From: the human T2T-CHM13v2.0 reference genome, Homo sapiens
NCBI RefSeq assembly: GCF_009914755.1
Contig: NC_060945.1
Strand: one strand, 5' to 3'
DNA length: 64,000 nt
Under the pieces are notes generated by a model. The model saw nothing but the letters and a program-made list of their open reading frames with translations, searched no databases and was not told the origin of the DNA. Positions 41,927-56,046 of this stretch are shown here, in pieces. Numbering within the stretch: position 1 is the first letter of the stretch; every line of letters starts with the position of its first letter. Made by a program: the position numbers and the translations under genes.

Positions 41927-42827
41927 GTGGATATATTCAAAATTCAAGTGGCTGATGGCACTAGTGATGATGATATTTGCAATTCTGGCTGGTGGCACCA
42001 GAGAGGAAACTTTAACAGAGCTGTTCCATTCAGACCACCTGGAAGAACATTGTTGTCTTATCATGAACAGCCCCACTGAACACCACCATCTTTGGGCTCA
42101 TTTTGGTCCATAGTTTCCAATAAAAATGAATGCAGGTTCATATGTGTTAGGAATGGGTGTCACCTGGGAAGTGTGTGAAACACATCCATGTTTCAATAAC
42201 CGGAGCCTGCAGTCACTAGGACCTGGGTGAGCATTCTGCACACTTCATCCTGTGGTCTCACTGGTGGCCTAAGTTCCCATTCAAGCCTCAATGGAGACAC
42301 TCCAGGAAATGCTGAGACATGACCAGTGAACACAGAGGGACACATCACACCTGGAGAAGCCTCCCGAAGGTCATTGGCTGAATTTCCTTCCAGCACCAGC
42401 TTCAAAAAGCGATTCTTGTGTGACTTTGAGCCCAGGCTTTGTTGGGGAACATGGTGGCAACTTGACTTCTTTAAATCCAACTGAGGCAAAGTCAGACCCA
42501 CTGTCAGAGACTCTCACTATCAAAGCTGTAGCCAGATGTCAGGTGGAGTTCCCCCTTCCCCTCAGGCCTAGAGGAAGTGGGCCTAAACCCCCAGCTCCAT
42601 GTGGACTGTGGCAATACCAGGCCCTGTCCATCATCTCCGATGGTTCCTAAGGTTACAGCCTCAGAGTCCCAGTGCCTGGACACGTACTCCTGTATGCACT
42701 GTCTCTGTCTCCATCTGTGTTGACCTGGCTGGAACACACAACCTATATATATATATAACTACATACGACTATATATATAACTATGTATATAACAATATAT
42801 GCATAACTATATATATAAAATATATAT

Positions 42828-42958
42828 AATGGAATATTATTCAGCCCTAAAAAAGAATGAGATCTTACAATTTGCCACAACATGGATGAGCCTGATAAGC
42901 CAGACACAGAGAGAATATTGCACGAACTTACTTATACGTGGAACTCAAAAAAATCAAA
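42828..42958 (+). mobile_element. L1MA-like fragment, inverted relative to its neighbour
   Basis: aatggaatattattcagccctaaaaaagaatgagatctt...caacatggatgag. Confidence 0.8.
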
Positions 42959-42976
42959 TATATATATATATATATA

Positions 42977-43047
42977 ATGTTTATTTATCCCTTCATCCAT
43001 TGATAAACACTTGGGTTGTTTCTGTATCTTAGCTACTGTGAATATTA
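42977..43047 (-). mobile_element. L1MA-like fragment
   Basis: tttatcccttcatccattgataaacacttgggttgtttctgtatcttagctactgtgaata. Confidence 0.8.
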
Positions 43048-43049
43048 TT

Positions 43050-43217
43050 CCCAATGGCATCTTTTCTCCTAAGGATACTAATCCTATAAGATTAGGGTCT
43101 CACACTTAAGACCTTGTTTAACTGTAAGTACCTCTTTAGAGGCTCCAAATATAGCCACAGTGGTTGTTGGGGGTTTAACAAATGCATTTGTGACACACAA
43201 ACATTCAGCCCACAACA
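43050..43217 (-). mobile_element. MLT1 LTR fragment
   Basis: taaggatactaatcctataagattaggg...acattcagcccacaaca. Confidence 0.6.
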
Positions 43218-44009
43218 TGGTCTTTTACCACTTCATGCTACCTCTCTGCACCAATATATCAACATGCAAAAGTGACATTAATATTTTAGGTATTTTCAGT
43301 CACAACATCCTAAACTGAGACTCAGGTCTTCACTGACCTAAACAGTTTTTCATTTAAACTTCTTTTGTTTAACTTTTTCTTATTTATGAAGGAGAGACAT
43401 TGGAAACACTCAGATGCAGGAATCCAAGTTAGGAAGATAGAGCCAATTGTTTGCTTGATGATTTCCAAGAATTCTTTGTACCTTTGAGCCTCTCTTTCAA
43501 TTCTCTAACAGGTTTAGATATTACAAATATTTTCTCCCAGTCTGACACTTGCCTCTTCACTTTATCGAAGGTTCCCTATCTTGGACAGAAACTCTTCATT
43601 TTAATGTGATCGATAGGATACTGACGTGATCAGGACAGATACATTTGGAAGGACAAAGAACAACTTGCAATTTTCCTTTGATAGGCTAACCCCCACAGTG
43701 CCAGCCATGCCCAGTAAATCTATTCCACATTCAGAACACTGTAGACTTAAAATATTCCCAAAAGAATATTGAGACTTCAAATCAATGAAAGATAGGAACA
43801 AGAGGAAAATAAGACTTGCTCCCAGCTGTGAAAGACATAATCTTCTAATATACTGGTTCTCTTGCAAAGCAGAAATCATTTTTCTCAGTTCATCGGAGTC
43901 ATAGGTGTTCTCACCACAGGAGAAAATTTGAAATGCAAGGGGTGGGACTTCACATGGCCAAGTGATTTCATGCAAAAGCTCCTGGGATTCACAGATAGGC
44001 AGGGCCTGA

Positions 44010-44395
<386 letters not shown>

Positions 44396-44744
44396 TAAGA
44401 GGGTCCCTGGGTCTCAGGGGGAAGGCAGGTGGGCAAACGAGTAAATGAAACATAGCAGACTTCACCCTGGAGAAACAAGGGGCCATGAGAACGTGCCAAA
44501 GGCAGCAGCTCCCAGTCAAGAGACCCAAAGATGCTTTCAGAGGGAAGGGAAATCTGAGCTAGGTTTTGAAAAATGAAAGACAACAAAGAAGAGTAGTCCC
44601 ACCTGTGGGCCTTGGAACAGACGGACACAGTGCAATCCAGCTTCCAGAACTTTCCATGTGTGGGGTGAGGAAGTGAGGAAGTCGTGCCTCACAGTGTCTT
44701 TTTTTTAATATTTTCAAGTTTTTTTTCTACTTTTTATTTTACCT

Positions 44745-45205
44745 TTTTTATTGTGGTAAATTATACTTAACGTAAAATTTATATCTTAAGCGTTTTAAGT
44801 GCACAGTTCAGCAGCATTAAACACATTCAGGCTGTTGGGCAGCCATCACCACCATCCATCCACAGAACTTTTTCATCACCCCAAACTGAAACTTGTATCC
44901 ATTAATCACTCCCCTTTCCCTCCCAGCCCCTGGCACCCACCATTCTACTTTCTATCTCTATGGATTTGACTGTTCCAGGAACCTCATACAAGTGGAATCA
45001 TATATATGGTTTTCTGTGATTGGTTTATTTCACTTATCATAATGTCCTCAAGGTTCATGCATGTTGCAGCATGTGTCAGCATTTCCTTCTTTTTCAAGGC
45101 TGAATAATATTATTACGTGGATGGACCACATCTTGCTTCTCCATTCATCTGTCAAAGGACACTTGGGTTGCTTCCACCTCTCGGCTTCTGTGAATGACGT
45201 GTCTG
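44745..45205 (-). mobile_element. L1MB-like 3' fragment
   Basis: tattgtggtaaattatac...cagcccctggcacccaccattctactttctatctctatgg...ggacacttgggttgcttccacc. Confidence 0.85.
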
Positions 45206-45686
45206 TACACGGCAGTGGACCCAGGCCTGCCCATGTCCCCGCCACTCCTCATAGCACCTACCCCTGACCTCGGCGCCGGGGGTCTCCCCTGCATTTGTGT
45301 GGTGTCTCTGATCATGCTGGTTCCTAGACATTCACCCTTCAGTCCCAGTGGTAGCAATGCTGACTTTGTGCCTCTTCCGCAGCCCCTCTGTACTCATCTG
45401 AGGAGGTGACTATTCCAGGAAATGCTCCAGAACAATTCTCTGCAGAATGCCCCAGGCCCTGGCAGCTGGAAAGGACATCTGAGTCTTCTCTTCCTGAGCA
45501 AGCATGCATTTCAAGGAGGGAAGGTCAGATGACACAGTACCAACCCACCTTCTGAATGTCCCAGAGAAGCCATTGCCAGGCAATATTTTTAGGACCTCCA
45601 TGAGCAGAGAACAGCATTTTTTCCTGGAGGTTATTAGCAGGCTCAGTGCAATGCAAACATCAGATAACAGCATTGCACTCTATAAA

Positions 45687-45713
45687 GTGTGTGTGTGTGT
45701 GTGTGTGTGTGTA
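45687..45713. repeat. (GT)n microsatellite
   Basis: Read directly from the sequence. Confidence 0.95.
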
Positions 45714-46198
45714 TACATGTGATGCAGACTGGCACCCAACAGCAAAAGACCTCCATGTAGCCTGGGCCACCAGGCCACAAGAATGACTCTCTAGGGATCA
45801 TATGTCCCAAGAGCAAGCTCAATGCTCCTCTAACTGGACAATTCCCACCCACCCCTGGGATGAGCCAGCATGACTGTGCCATTGATACCTGGAGCAGGAA
45901 TTCAACCTGAAGATCTAGGGGTGGGGCGGGATTCCGATGGAGGGAAGAAGAGTGAAGTGTTTAATTGGTGATCAATATATGCATATCAAGAACAAACAAC
46001 TACAGTATGAGGTGGAATACAAAAATTCTCACGAATTTGTGCAGAACATGAGAAAGCATCTATCTGTTTAAACAGCCTCCAAGGACAGTGCCATATTGGT
46101 ACCAGAAAGAAGGAACGGTCCTGCTCCTTTATTCCTTCCTCTCCTGGCCCCTCCCCTCCCTGGAGACAGGTAGGGGGAGGGGAGAGGAGGAAGGAGCT

Positions 46199-46512
46199 TA
46201 TATTAGTCTGTTTTCATGCTGCTAATATAAGACATACCTGAGACTGGGTAATTTATAAAAGAAAGAAGTTTAATGGACTCACAGTTCCACATGGCTTGGA
46301 AGGTCTCAAAATCATGGCGGAAGGCAAAGGAGAAGCAAAGGTATGTCTTACATACGTCTCATGAGACATATTCACTATCACAACAATAGCACGGGAAAGA
46401 CCTGCCCCCATGATTCAATTACCTCCCATCAGGTCCCTCCCACAGCACGCAGTAATTATGGGAGCTACAATTCAAGATGAGATTTGGGTGGGGACACAGC
46501 CAAACCTTATCA
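46199..46512 (-). mobile_element. THE1 solo LTR with an internal deletion
   Basis: tatattagtctgttttcatgctgct...gatttgggtggggacacagccaaaccttatca; 5-bp TSD GAGCT. Confidence 0.92.
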
Positions 46513-47904
46513 GAGCTATCCTAAGTAAAAAGACAAGAACCAACCCCCCATTCCCAAGGCATATTTTCTGTCTGCAGCTGGCCCTGGAAGAAAAGAATCT
46601 TCTATTTTGAGTGAGGTGAGGAGTTTTCATGAGTAGATGAGGCTGGACATACTAATTACTGAGCAGAGAGAGACTTTATGGAGAATGAAATGCCCAGAGA
46701 ATTTTTGATGATGAGAAAGTCACCAGAGGAACAAAGGAATCTGCCTTGATTTCAATCAAGGCGTCATGGAAGAGGAGCTCATCTCATGGGAACAACATGC
46801 AGAAAAGAATCCAGTTGTTTCCCTGTAGCCTATAAGTCCTGTCATTCACTGTTCTGGGAAAACCCTCCCTGGCCTGCAGGCTGGTTGACGAGTTGTTTGG
46901 AGGTTACCAGGGAAACGCCTCAAGGTGGGGCTTTCAGAGAACAGGAGCCACAATAGGGCCTCCGAGCTCAGGAGCCACAGCCGTGATACAGCCTCTGATA
47001 GTAAATTCCCTACAGGGATAAAAAGATAGGAGCCCTGGAGGGGATGATTCTTAAAGTCATTCTCACATGCAGTCGACATGCATGAGGTTGCCTGATAAAA
47101 TACAGGACACCCAGTTAAAGCTGAATTACAGATAAACAATGACTAATTTTTTAGTATAAGTACATCCCAAATATTGCAAGAAATGTATCTGAAATATATT
47201 GCAAAAAATAAAAAATTAGCACTGGTTATCTGAAATTTAATTTAACAAGTCATCCTATATTTTTACAGTTTTACTGAGTTATAATTTACATACTATTCAA
47301 CCCTACCATTTAAAGCGTACAATTCAATGCTTTTTAATATATTCACGAGGTTGTGCAACCATCGCCACAATCAATTTTAGAACATTTTCATCAGCCCCAA
47401 AGGAATCCACATCCATTAGTCACACCCACTCCCTATGCCAGCCCCAGCCCCAGGCCCTGACATCCACTAATCTACTTTCTGTCTCTAGAGATCGGCCTAT
47501 TCTGGACATTTTGTATAAATGAAAGCACACAACATGTGGTCTTCAGGAGTGGCTTCTTTGATTTAGCATGTTTTTTCAAGGTTCATCCATGTTGTAATAT
47601 GTATCAGTACTTCATTCCTTTTTATTGCTAAATAATATTCCACTGTATGGATACAACAGATTTTATTTATCCAATCATCAGTTGATGCACATTTGGGTTG
47701 CCTCCACTTTTTTGGCTATTATAATAAAACTGCTGTAAACACTTGTGTTTAAGTTTTTTGTAAACATATGTTTTCATTTATCTTGCATATATATATATAG
47801 GAATACAATTTCCGGGTCACATGGAAACTCTATGTTTAACATTTTGAGAAATTTCTAAACTGTTTCCCATAGCAGCTGCACTTTTTAAAAATATATATAT
47901 ATGC

Positions 47905-48165
47905 GGCCAGGCGCGGTGGCTCACGCCTATAATCCCAGCACCGTGGGAGGCCAAGGCAGGCGGATCACGAGGTCAGGAGATTGAGTCCATCCTGGCTAAC
48001 ACTGTGAAACCCCGTCTCTACTAAAATATAAAAAAAATTAGCCGGGCATGGTGGTGGGTGCCTGTAGTCCCAGCTACTTGGGAAGCTGAAGCAGGAGAAT
48101 GGCGTGAACCCAGGAGGCAGAGCTTGCACTCCAGCCTGGGTGACAGAGCGAGACTCCATCTCAAA
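47905..48165 (+). mobile_element. AluY with an internal deletion and a (TA)n(CA)n tail region
   Basis: Y-type motifs ccatcctggctaacac and gaatggcgtgaaccc; agcttgca joins directly to ctccagcc. Confidence 0.93.
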
Positions 48166-48391
48166 TATATATATATATATGTACACATACACACACACAC
48201 ACACACATTCTCACTAGCAACATCCAAGGGTTCCAATTTCTTCACATCCTCACTACATTTATTAGTTTCTGGTTTTTTCATGATAGACATCCTGGTGGTG
48301 TGAAGTGGTATCTCATTGTGATTTTGATTTACATTTTTCTAATGGCTAACGAACATCTTTTCATGTGCTTATTGGTCATTTATGTATCTTC

Positions 48392-48757
<366 letters not shown>

Positions 48758-48943
48758 TAATTGAGTTGTTTATCTTTCTGTTATTGATTTTTAAGGGTTC
48801 TTTATATGTTCTGGATACTAGACCTCATCAGATATATGACTTGCAAATCTTTCCTCCCATTCTGTGGGCTGTCTTCTCATTTTCTTGATGGTCTCCTTTG
48901 AAACCCAAAACTCTTTCATTTTGATAAAGTCCAATTTATCTAT

Positions 48944-49262
48944 TTCTTGTTGTTGTTGTTGCTGTTGTTGTTGTTGTTGTTGTTGTTTTGAGAGAGAGTT
49001 TCACTCTGTTGCCCAGGCTGGAGTGCAATAGTGCACTCCAGCAACCTCAGCCTCCCAGGTTCAAGAGATTCTCCTGCCTCATCCTCCCAAGTAGCTGGGA
49101 TTACAGGCGTGCCATCATGCCCAGCTAATTTTTGTATTTTTAGTAGAGACAGGGTTTTGCCATGTTGGCCAGGCTGGTCTTGAACTCCTAACCTCAAGTG
49201 ATCCACCCGCCTCGGCCATCCAAAGTGCTGGGATTACAGGCATGAGCCACCACACCTGGCCT
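48944..49262 (-). mobile_element. AluS with a (GTT)n-converted tail
   Basis: Alu arms, with (gtt)n at about 48946-48986. Confidence 0.93.
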
Positions 49263-50725
49263 TATTGTTATTGTTTGTGCTTTTGGTGTCATAGCTAAGA
49301 AGGCTTTTCATGACCCGAGGTTATAAAGATTTACTCCTATGTCTTCTTCTAAGAGTTTTATAGTTTTAGCTCTTACACTTAGGCCTATGATCGATTTTGG
49401 TATACGGTGTAAGGAAGAGGTCCAACTTCATGCTTTTGCATGTGGGTGTCTGGTTGTGCCAGCACCACTTTTTACAGGCATCTGCTAAATCTGGCAACCC
49501 TAGGCAGAGGTTTAGCAACTGGAACAAGTGTAGGGCCTCTGTGAGCATCAGTGGGTTAGAGTTGATCTCTTCCAGGAAAATGTTCATTCTCTTCTTTCCT
49601 CTCCACATGAATCCACACCCTCCTTCAGCCCTTGGCCTTAAACACTAAGTGGAGGCTGGAAAGGAGAGACCACTGGGCCCAGCCTCTGGTGGCATGTGAT
49701 GACAGTGGTGCAATTGTTAATTTTATGATATTGACGTGGCCTTCATTGGAACCAGCTCTTGGCTAGGGCTCAACTATCTGGACTAATCTTCACTCCACTT
49801 TAAGTTTGGAGCCTAAATCCTGCAACAGCAACTAAAATTTATGAATGTTTCTCTTTCCTGGAACCAAGGCCCCTGGTCCAGGTCTCCTATATCTCCTCCA
49901 TTCCCTTTTAAGTTGTATCCTTAGCCATGATGACAGGCATCAGAAGGCATTCCCTCTGTTCAGGGCCTCTGAACCGAGCCAGTGGCAGCTCTTCCTGTCC
50001 CCTGCCACCTTGGTTCACAGAAATCCTCTTCCAGTCCCCTAGGCCGTCAGCCAAATTGCACAGTGAATTCTGCCTGTGAGAATTTAGAGAAACACTTGTT
50101 GGACTGTGTTCCTACAAGCAGGTGTTGAGGCTGCTCAACAGAATGTCTGTGAAAAGACCCAGCCCCCATTGCCTATGCCGTCCCCTTCCTGGCATTGAGC
50201 CTGAAAGCCAACCGGGCAATTTACTTTAAGGCTCAGACTTGACATGGCTCATAACTTTCTTCTGAGCCCATGAAGTTACTTCCCCAGACAAGCTCTGTCA
50301 TCTGCGTGAGATGACTTATCCATTAGCAAGGATGAATAATGCCTAAACACATCACTGGATCTTCCCCAAGCCCCGCTAGGGTATGGAGAACAAGGAATAA
50401 CCCTGCCTGCAGAGCTGGAATCAGGCAATCACCCACAATGCCTTGAGTCCTTGATTCATCCCTGGGAATCATGGCTGAACATGCAGCCCAGGCCCATCCA
50501 AAGCTCGAGGGATGGGGAGGGACAGCTACACATTCCAAAGAATTTGTGTCAACAGAAGCCTTGGTGTCTCTTAATGACCCTCTGGGATGAAGGCAGAAGA
50601 AGCAAAAATAGATCAACCCCCTCCATTAAAGAATGATTATTTTTTTCCTACCTTCATAGTGGGAAACATACTATTGAATTTGCACTTTATTAATGAAATG
50701 TATCATCAAGTTTACCTTTACTATG

Positions 50726-51711
50726 TGTATCAGTCAGGTTCTACCAGAAAAACAGATCAATTTCATATATATGTGTGTGTGTATGTATTCACACATTCTG
50801 ATCATGTATATACACATCATATATATATATATACACACATACACACATAACACATAGGTACATACACACATAAACACACATACGTACACACAAATATATA
50901 TTACTATTATGTATATAAATATATATAAAATATACGTTATATAAATATATATTAAATGTGTATATATACACACATTCTGATCATGTATATACACATCACA
51001 CACACATACACATATATACATACACACACATAAACATACATACAAATACATCTATTACTATTATGTATATAAAATATAATGTATACTTTATAAATATATA
51101 TTAAATGTGTGTGTACATATACACATTCTGATCATATATATACACATACACACACATATACACACACATACATACACACACATATACACGAATATATATT
51201 ACTATTGTTTATAAATATATATTAAATGTGTATATCTATGGATTACTTTTTTATATATGAATATATATTACTATTATGTATATATATAATGTATATTTTA
51301 TAAATATATATTAAATGTGCATGTGTGTGTGTGTAAAATGTATGTAGAGACAGAGGAGAGAGAGACTGATTTCAAGGACCTGGCTTACACGATTGTGGGC
51401 CCAGGCCAGGCAAGTCTGAACTCTGCAGGGCAGGCTGGCAGGCTGGATACTCTCGGGCAGAAGCTGACACTGCAGTCAGCAGATGGAATTTCTTCTTCCA
51501 CAAGGAAACCTCAGTTTGCCTCTTAAGGCCTTTCCACTGATTGGATGAGGCCCACCCAAATTATCAAGGATAACCTCCTTTACTTAAAGTCAACTGACTG
51601 CAGCTGTTAGCCACGTCGACACAATGCCTCCACAGCAATGCCTAGACCAGGGTTTGATTAAACAACTGGGTATTGCAGCCTGGCCACCTTGACACACAGA
51701 ACCAACCACGG
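50726..51711 (-). mobile_element. MLT2 ERVL solo LTR expanded by an internal minisatellite
   Basis: tgtatcagtcaggttctaccagaaaaacaga | gatttcaaggacctggcttacacgattgtggg...ctgattggatgaggcccaccc...ccttgacacacagaaccaaccac. Confidence 0.85.
50765..51335. repeat. Complex TA/CA microsatellite-derived higher-order repeat (3-4 units)
   Basis: cacattctgatcat at 50792, 50971 and 51122; taaatatatattaaatgtg at 50942, 51091, 51212 and 51301. Confidence 0.92.
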
Positions 51712-52502
51712 CGCCAGAAATGCTTCTCTGTTGTTGGATAAGGTGCACGGGTGCAAGGTTTAGATGAAGCAGCTGAGACACACACAGGATGCGGAACCCG
51801 CTAAGTGACCCAAGGTAATGCAGACGTGAAAGGCTGAACTTGGAAGACTTGAAGGAATTATGAGCCAGGGCCCTGGACCAAACTTGCAGAGAACTCAGAG
51901 CTCACCCAAAGGTCCTCAAGCCAGGGCCAAGCATCGGCTCCCACACGCCAAATCCCACCCACTTCGGGTCTCCTCTTCTCACTACCCTCCCAGTTCTGAT
52001 CATGTCTGCCACCCGCTTAAAACTTCTCAACCCAAATTCCTTTGCCTGAGATGTAAGACCACTCAGACTCGGTCTTGGCCGGCTTTCCCAGCCCCCTCTG
52101 CTGCTGAGGTTAGCCCCCTTGACCGAGGCAGTTACACTGCAGAGTACATGCGGGGTCCCCCACACCCCAGCTCTGCCGCGTCCCAGCTCCTTTGCACGTG
52201 CTGTGTGAATTTCCCCTGAACACTCTTCTGGTTTTGATATGGGACTCATATTATCCTCAAAACCCACCTTAATCACCACTACACCTGAGAAACCCCCACA
52301 CCCTCTCCACCTAGAAGTCCCCCACTTGGGCAGGTGAGGGGCCCCTCCTTTGTGCTCCACTAGCTACATCCCTCCATCTGTTCGACATTCCTCTGTTCTT
52401 ACCACAGTATGATAGAACTATGCCTTTATAGTCAATAAGCTAAGATCGTAAGAAAACTAATTCATGCCCCTTCCTTTTTTATGGAATGAGAGCTACTATA
52501 GC

Positions 52503-52719
52503 CAGGGAGTCAGCAAACTAGAGCCCACAAGCCAAATCTGGCCCACTGCCTGTTTTTTTAAATAAAGTTTTACTGGCACACGGTCACACCCATTCACTTA
52601 TATATAGTTCATAGCTGTTCTCAGGCTAGAATGGCAGAAGTGAGTACTTGCCCAGATGGCCAGCAAGGCCTAAAATAACCACTGTCTGGCTCTTTATAGA
52701 GAAAGTTTACCAATCCCTG
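52503..52719. mobile_element. MER58A hAT-Charlie MITE
   Basis: cagggagtcagcaaacta...gccaaatctggcccactgcctg...taaataaagttttactgg...aaagtttaccaatccctg. Confidence 0.88.
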
Positions 52720-55700
52720 CTATGGACTCATCAGTGAGGTGATAGCTGGAAGATGAGGGTGGTGCCACTTCCCAGGGAAGTAGATACTTGATAATGAATG
52801 GGATTTCCACCATGGTACACAGCTACTTCATGACAGTTGCTCATCTAGAGAGGGCAGACCGGCATGCACTTGTTCAAGCTGGGAATGTCGCCCTGTCAGG
52901 AACAGCAGGAATGGCAGCATGCTCTTTGGGTCTGGAGTTCCTCACACTGAGGGAGTTATAATAGCTGTGGGGTTTCCAGGACTGCTCGTGAAGATTTCAC
53001 TAACCCTGGCTTTGCCCAAGAAGGAGTAAGTGCTTCATGGAAAAGTCCCTGGAGGCAGAGTCTTGGATCCGGGAGCTTCCAATGTTTCTATGAATCTATG
53101 CAAACATGGCTTAACTGCTGGCTCAGTTCTTATTGACTTGAGGGCCTCAAGAAAACTCCAGGGAAGACGCCAGTGAATTAGAGGATCTTTCTCAAAGACT
53201 TTGAGATTCTCAAAAATCTGATGATGAACTGGAACATGTGACCATTTCATGGTGCTAGAGGTTATGGAGAAGGGGAGACCATGATTTCACTCCTCAAGGA
53301 AAAATCAGCCATGGAGGGTCAAGGAAGAAAGGGACAAACTCCTTCTTCCTCTCCCATCTTCAGATACCCAGGTCTCTGGGGTGGAGATAGCAAGACCTGG
53401 GGTTGGCTATGTCTTTGTAACCAGGGGCCCCATGAGTGGGACTGTCCTCCCCAAAGAGCCTGCAAGTGTGCAGTGACAGTAGCCGGAATCCACACAAAGA
53501 CGCATTCCAATGTCATTTTCCCCACTGGAAGGGGCTCTGCTTTCCAGGTTAGTGAATTACTCTCGTAATTGCAAGTCGGAACAAGAGCCCCAGGGGAGAT
53601 CTTCGTTTGGATGCCACCGCAGCATAACTGTAGCTGAATGCTGACTTGAAGTTCCAACTGTGGGACAGAGCCACACCGGCTGTGGGCGGGTCTCAGAGAG
53701 CTCAGCCACCCCAAAAGCTGAGACTGGTCAGCATTCCCAGCTCAGACATGCACAGGTTGGTCTGCCCTCTCTAGGTGGGCAACTGGCATGAAATAGCTGT
53801 GTACCATGGTGGAAACTCCATTCATTATCAAGTATCTACTTCCCTGGCACAGTCCTCATCTTCCAGTCTATTCAGAAAAATTTCCCCAGGATTCCAAATT
53901 ATTTGCAGAAACTGTGGCCATTTATCGCATCAATGCCATCTGCTCCCAAGGTTCACACAACGGAATCTGGCAAAATCACACACTGCTCAAGAGTGGGAAA
54001 AAATATTCCATCTTCCTCTTCCCCAAGAGAAACGAGAAATGACACTTGTTTTTTCCAAGACACTCACTCCAAAGGAGTTACAAAGGATCCAGAGAGATTT
54101 CTCATCAAAGGGATTCAAGACAATGACAATTTCTAACATAACTGAAATGACTGATCTGCTACTCAGAAACTTCTTAATTGCCTTGACCGCTCTCTACCCT
54201 TGCTTCCAGTAATTTCGTTATTATTATTGTGTTGGTTGTTTCGGAAAACATCTCAATGTGTTTTCAACAGTTGTCATGGAGAGCTGGCATCATAAGGACT
54301 TCCTGGAGAAAAATCACCTCAAAGGCTCATGTCCTCCACACACACCCCCAGCACACATGCAAGGATTTTGCAGGAGAAACAGGAAGGAACTTTGAAGACA
54401 AAAATATTGTGATGTGATCTATAAATTCATTTCTTTCTTTTGGCACTCATGTGGGTCCTCACCATCTGCCATCACCTACAAATTATTGGCTTTTATTACA
54501 ATGTTATGATTACACATGACAGCAAACACAAAACTTTAACAAATTAACAAAGCATAATTAACACAACTGAAACGTGATTGAGAAACAGCTGCAAACCAAA
54601 GCTCTAACCAGTAAGGAAAGGCACCAGAGAATGTGTCTACATGCAAGTGTTTAGCAATATCTTTGTATTGAGACTATTTGTCAGCTCAGAGGCACAGCTA
54701 CCTGCCAATATCAAGAGACATTTTCTAACATCTAAGCAGTTGTAGAGAGAATGATTACTGAAAAATCCACAAAATCACCCAACAAGGACGTACAAATTCC
54801 ATAATGTTGGGCGAAACAAAGCATTCTGCATTTTTCACAAATAGATACCTGCATAAATCATTTAATACTGTTCCTTTCAATCATCAGGATCATCTTTGTA
54901 TTTGGAGTCCTGTGAAAAGTGTACTGCATACAAAAGCACATGGAACAAAAGAGCACCAAGATGTCACAGGTGGAAGAAAATGGAATCTGTGCTCCAAGAC
55001 TCTGCAATCTCTATTAACAGCATTACTATTCAAAGTTTGTGAAAGAAAGTGCATGAATTCCGAAAGCCATTTGTTCCCTCTGACATGATGGAGCTTTGAG
55101 GAAAGACATCTAATAGAAGAGAAAAGATCAGAAGAGAAAAATCAAACAATTGTGTCTGTGAAGCATGCCTCCCTTCTTAGAACTTTCTAACGTTTAGGGC
55201 AATACCCAGACTTTCTTTCCTTGTTGTACTTCCACCCATGTCCCCCTCTTTGGGAGACAGGATCACCGGCAGGTGCTATGCTTTTCTTTGGGACCCCTTC
55301 AGTTTCTTCTCTTTACTTCCCATCTCACCCCTGACCATTCAGGCCTATTGCCTAATCCCATTTTTAATTTGCTGTCACTTTTTTTCTCTTCCTTCCCTTT
55401 GAGATGCTGCTTGGAACATTTTTCCTTTTCAGTATTCTCCTTTTAGAAATTTAGAACATTCGCCTTTGAAGTCTTATCTGCAATTTTTTTCCTCCTCATT
55501 AAGTTCCAAGTTCCACTGGAAAACTAGGAGAGAGGAACAAGTGGCAGATGACAAGAATATTAAAAAGGACTTAGAAACAGAAAATGCCACTCTCACAACA
55601 ACCAGAATATAGAAAATTGAGCTCATGTAAGCTTCCTAGATCTTAACCGCACTGATGTGAGGCAAATTGCAAAGTCACAGAATTCCTGCAAAGGAAAGAA

Positions 55701-56046
55701 AAATTCTCTTCTCACAACATAGAGGGGGTTTGGTGTTATTGAGCCACGGTGCACCTGTGTGCTAATTTTAACCGCTCCTTTCCCTCCTGCCCCCATGCCC
55801 TTAGGGACATGCTGAAGACTCAGTAAGATGAAGGAGGAGCCCAGACACTCCCTCCTGGCTCCTTTTCCAGCCTCACCTGGAAACCTCCTCAGAGACTCCA
55901 ATCCCTGCCCATGCCCACCCGCCAGACACTCCTCTTCCCTCTGTGCTCATTCTACAAACAAAATGCTTCAGGAGCACGGCCAGCAGCACTGGCTAGTTGC
56001 CATCAGGAGGGAGGGCTCCTGGTGAGCCCCCTCTCTCCTTGCCAGG

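Noticed and set aside
53775-54212. 145-aa ORF with CRNCGHLSHQC, resembling a zinc knuckle
   Set aside because: The spacing is CX2CX4HX1C rather than CX2CX4HX4C, the start is GTG, and there is no gag-like context.
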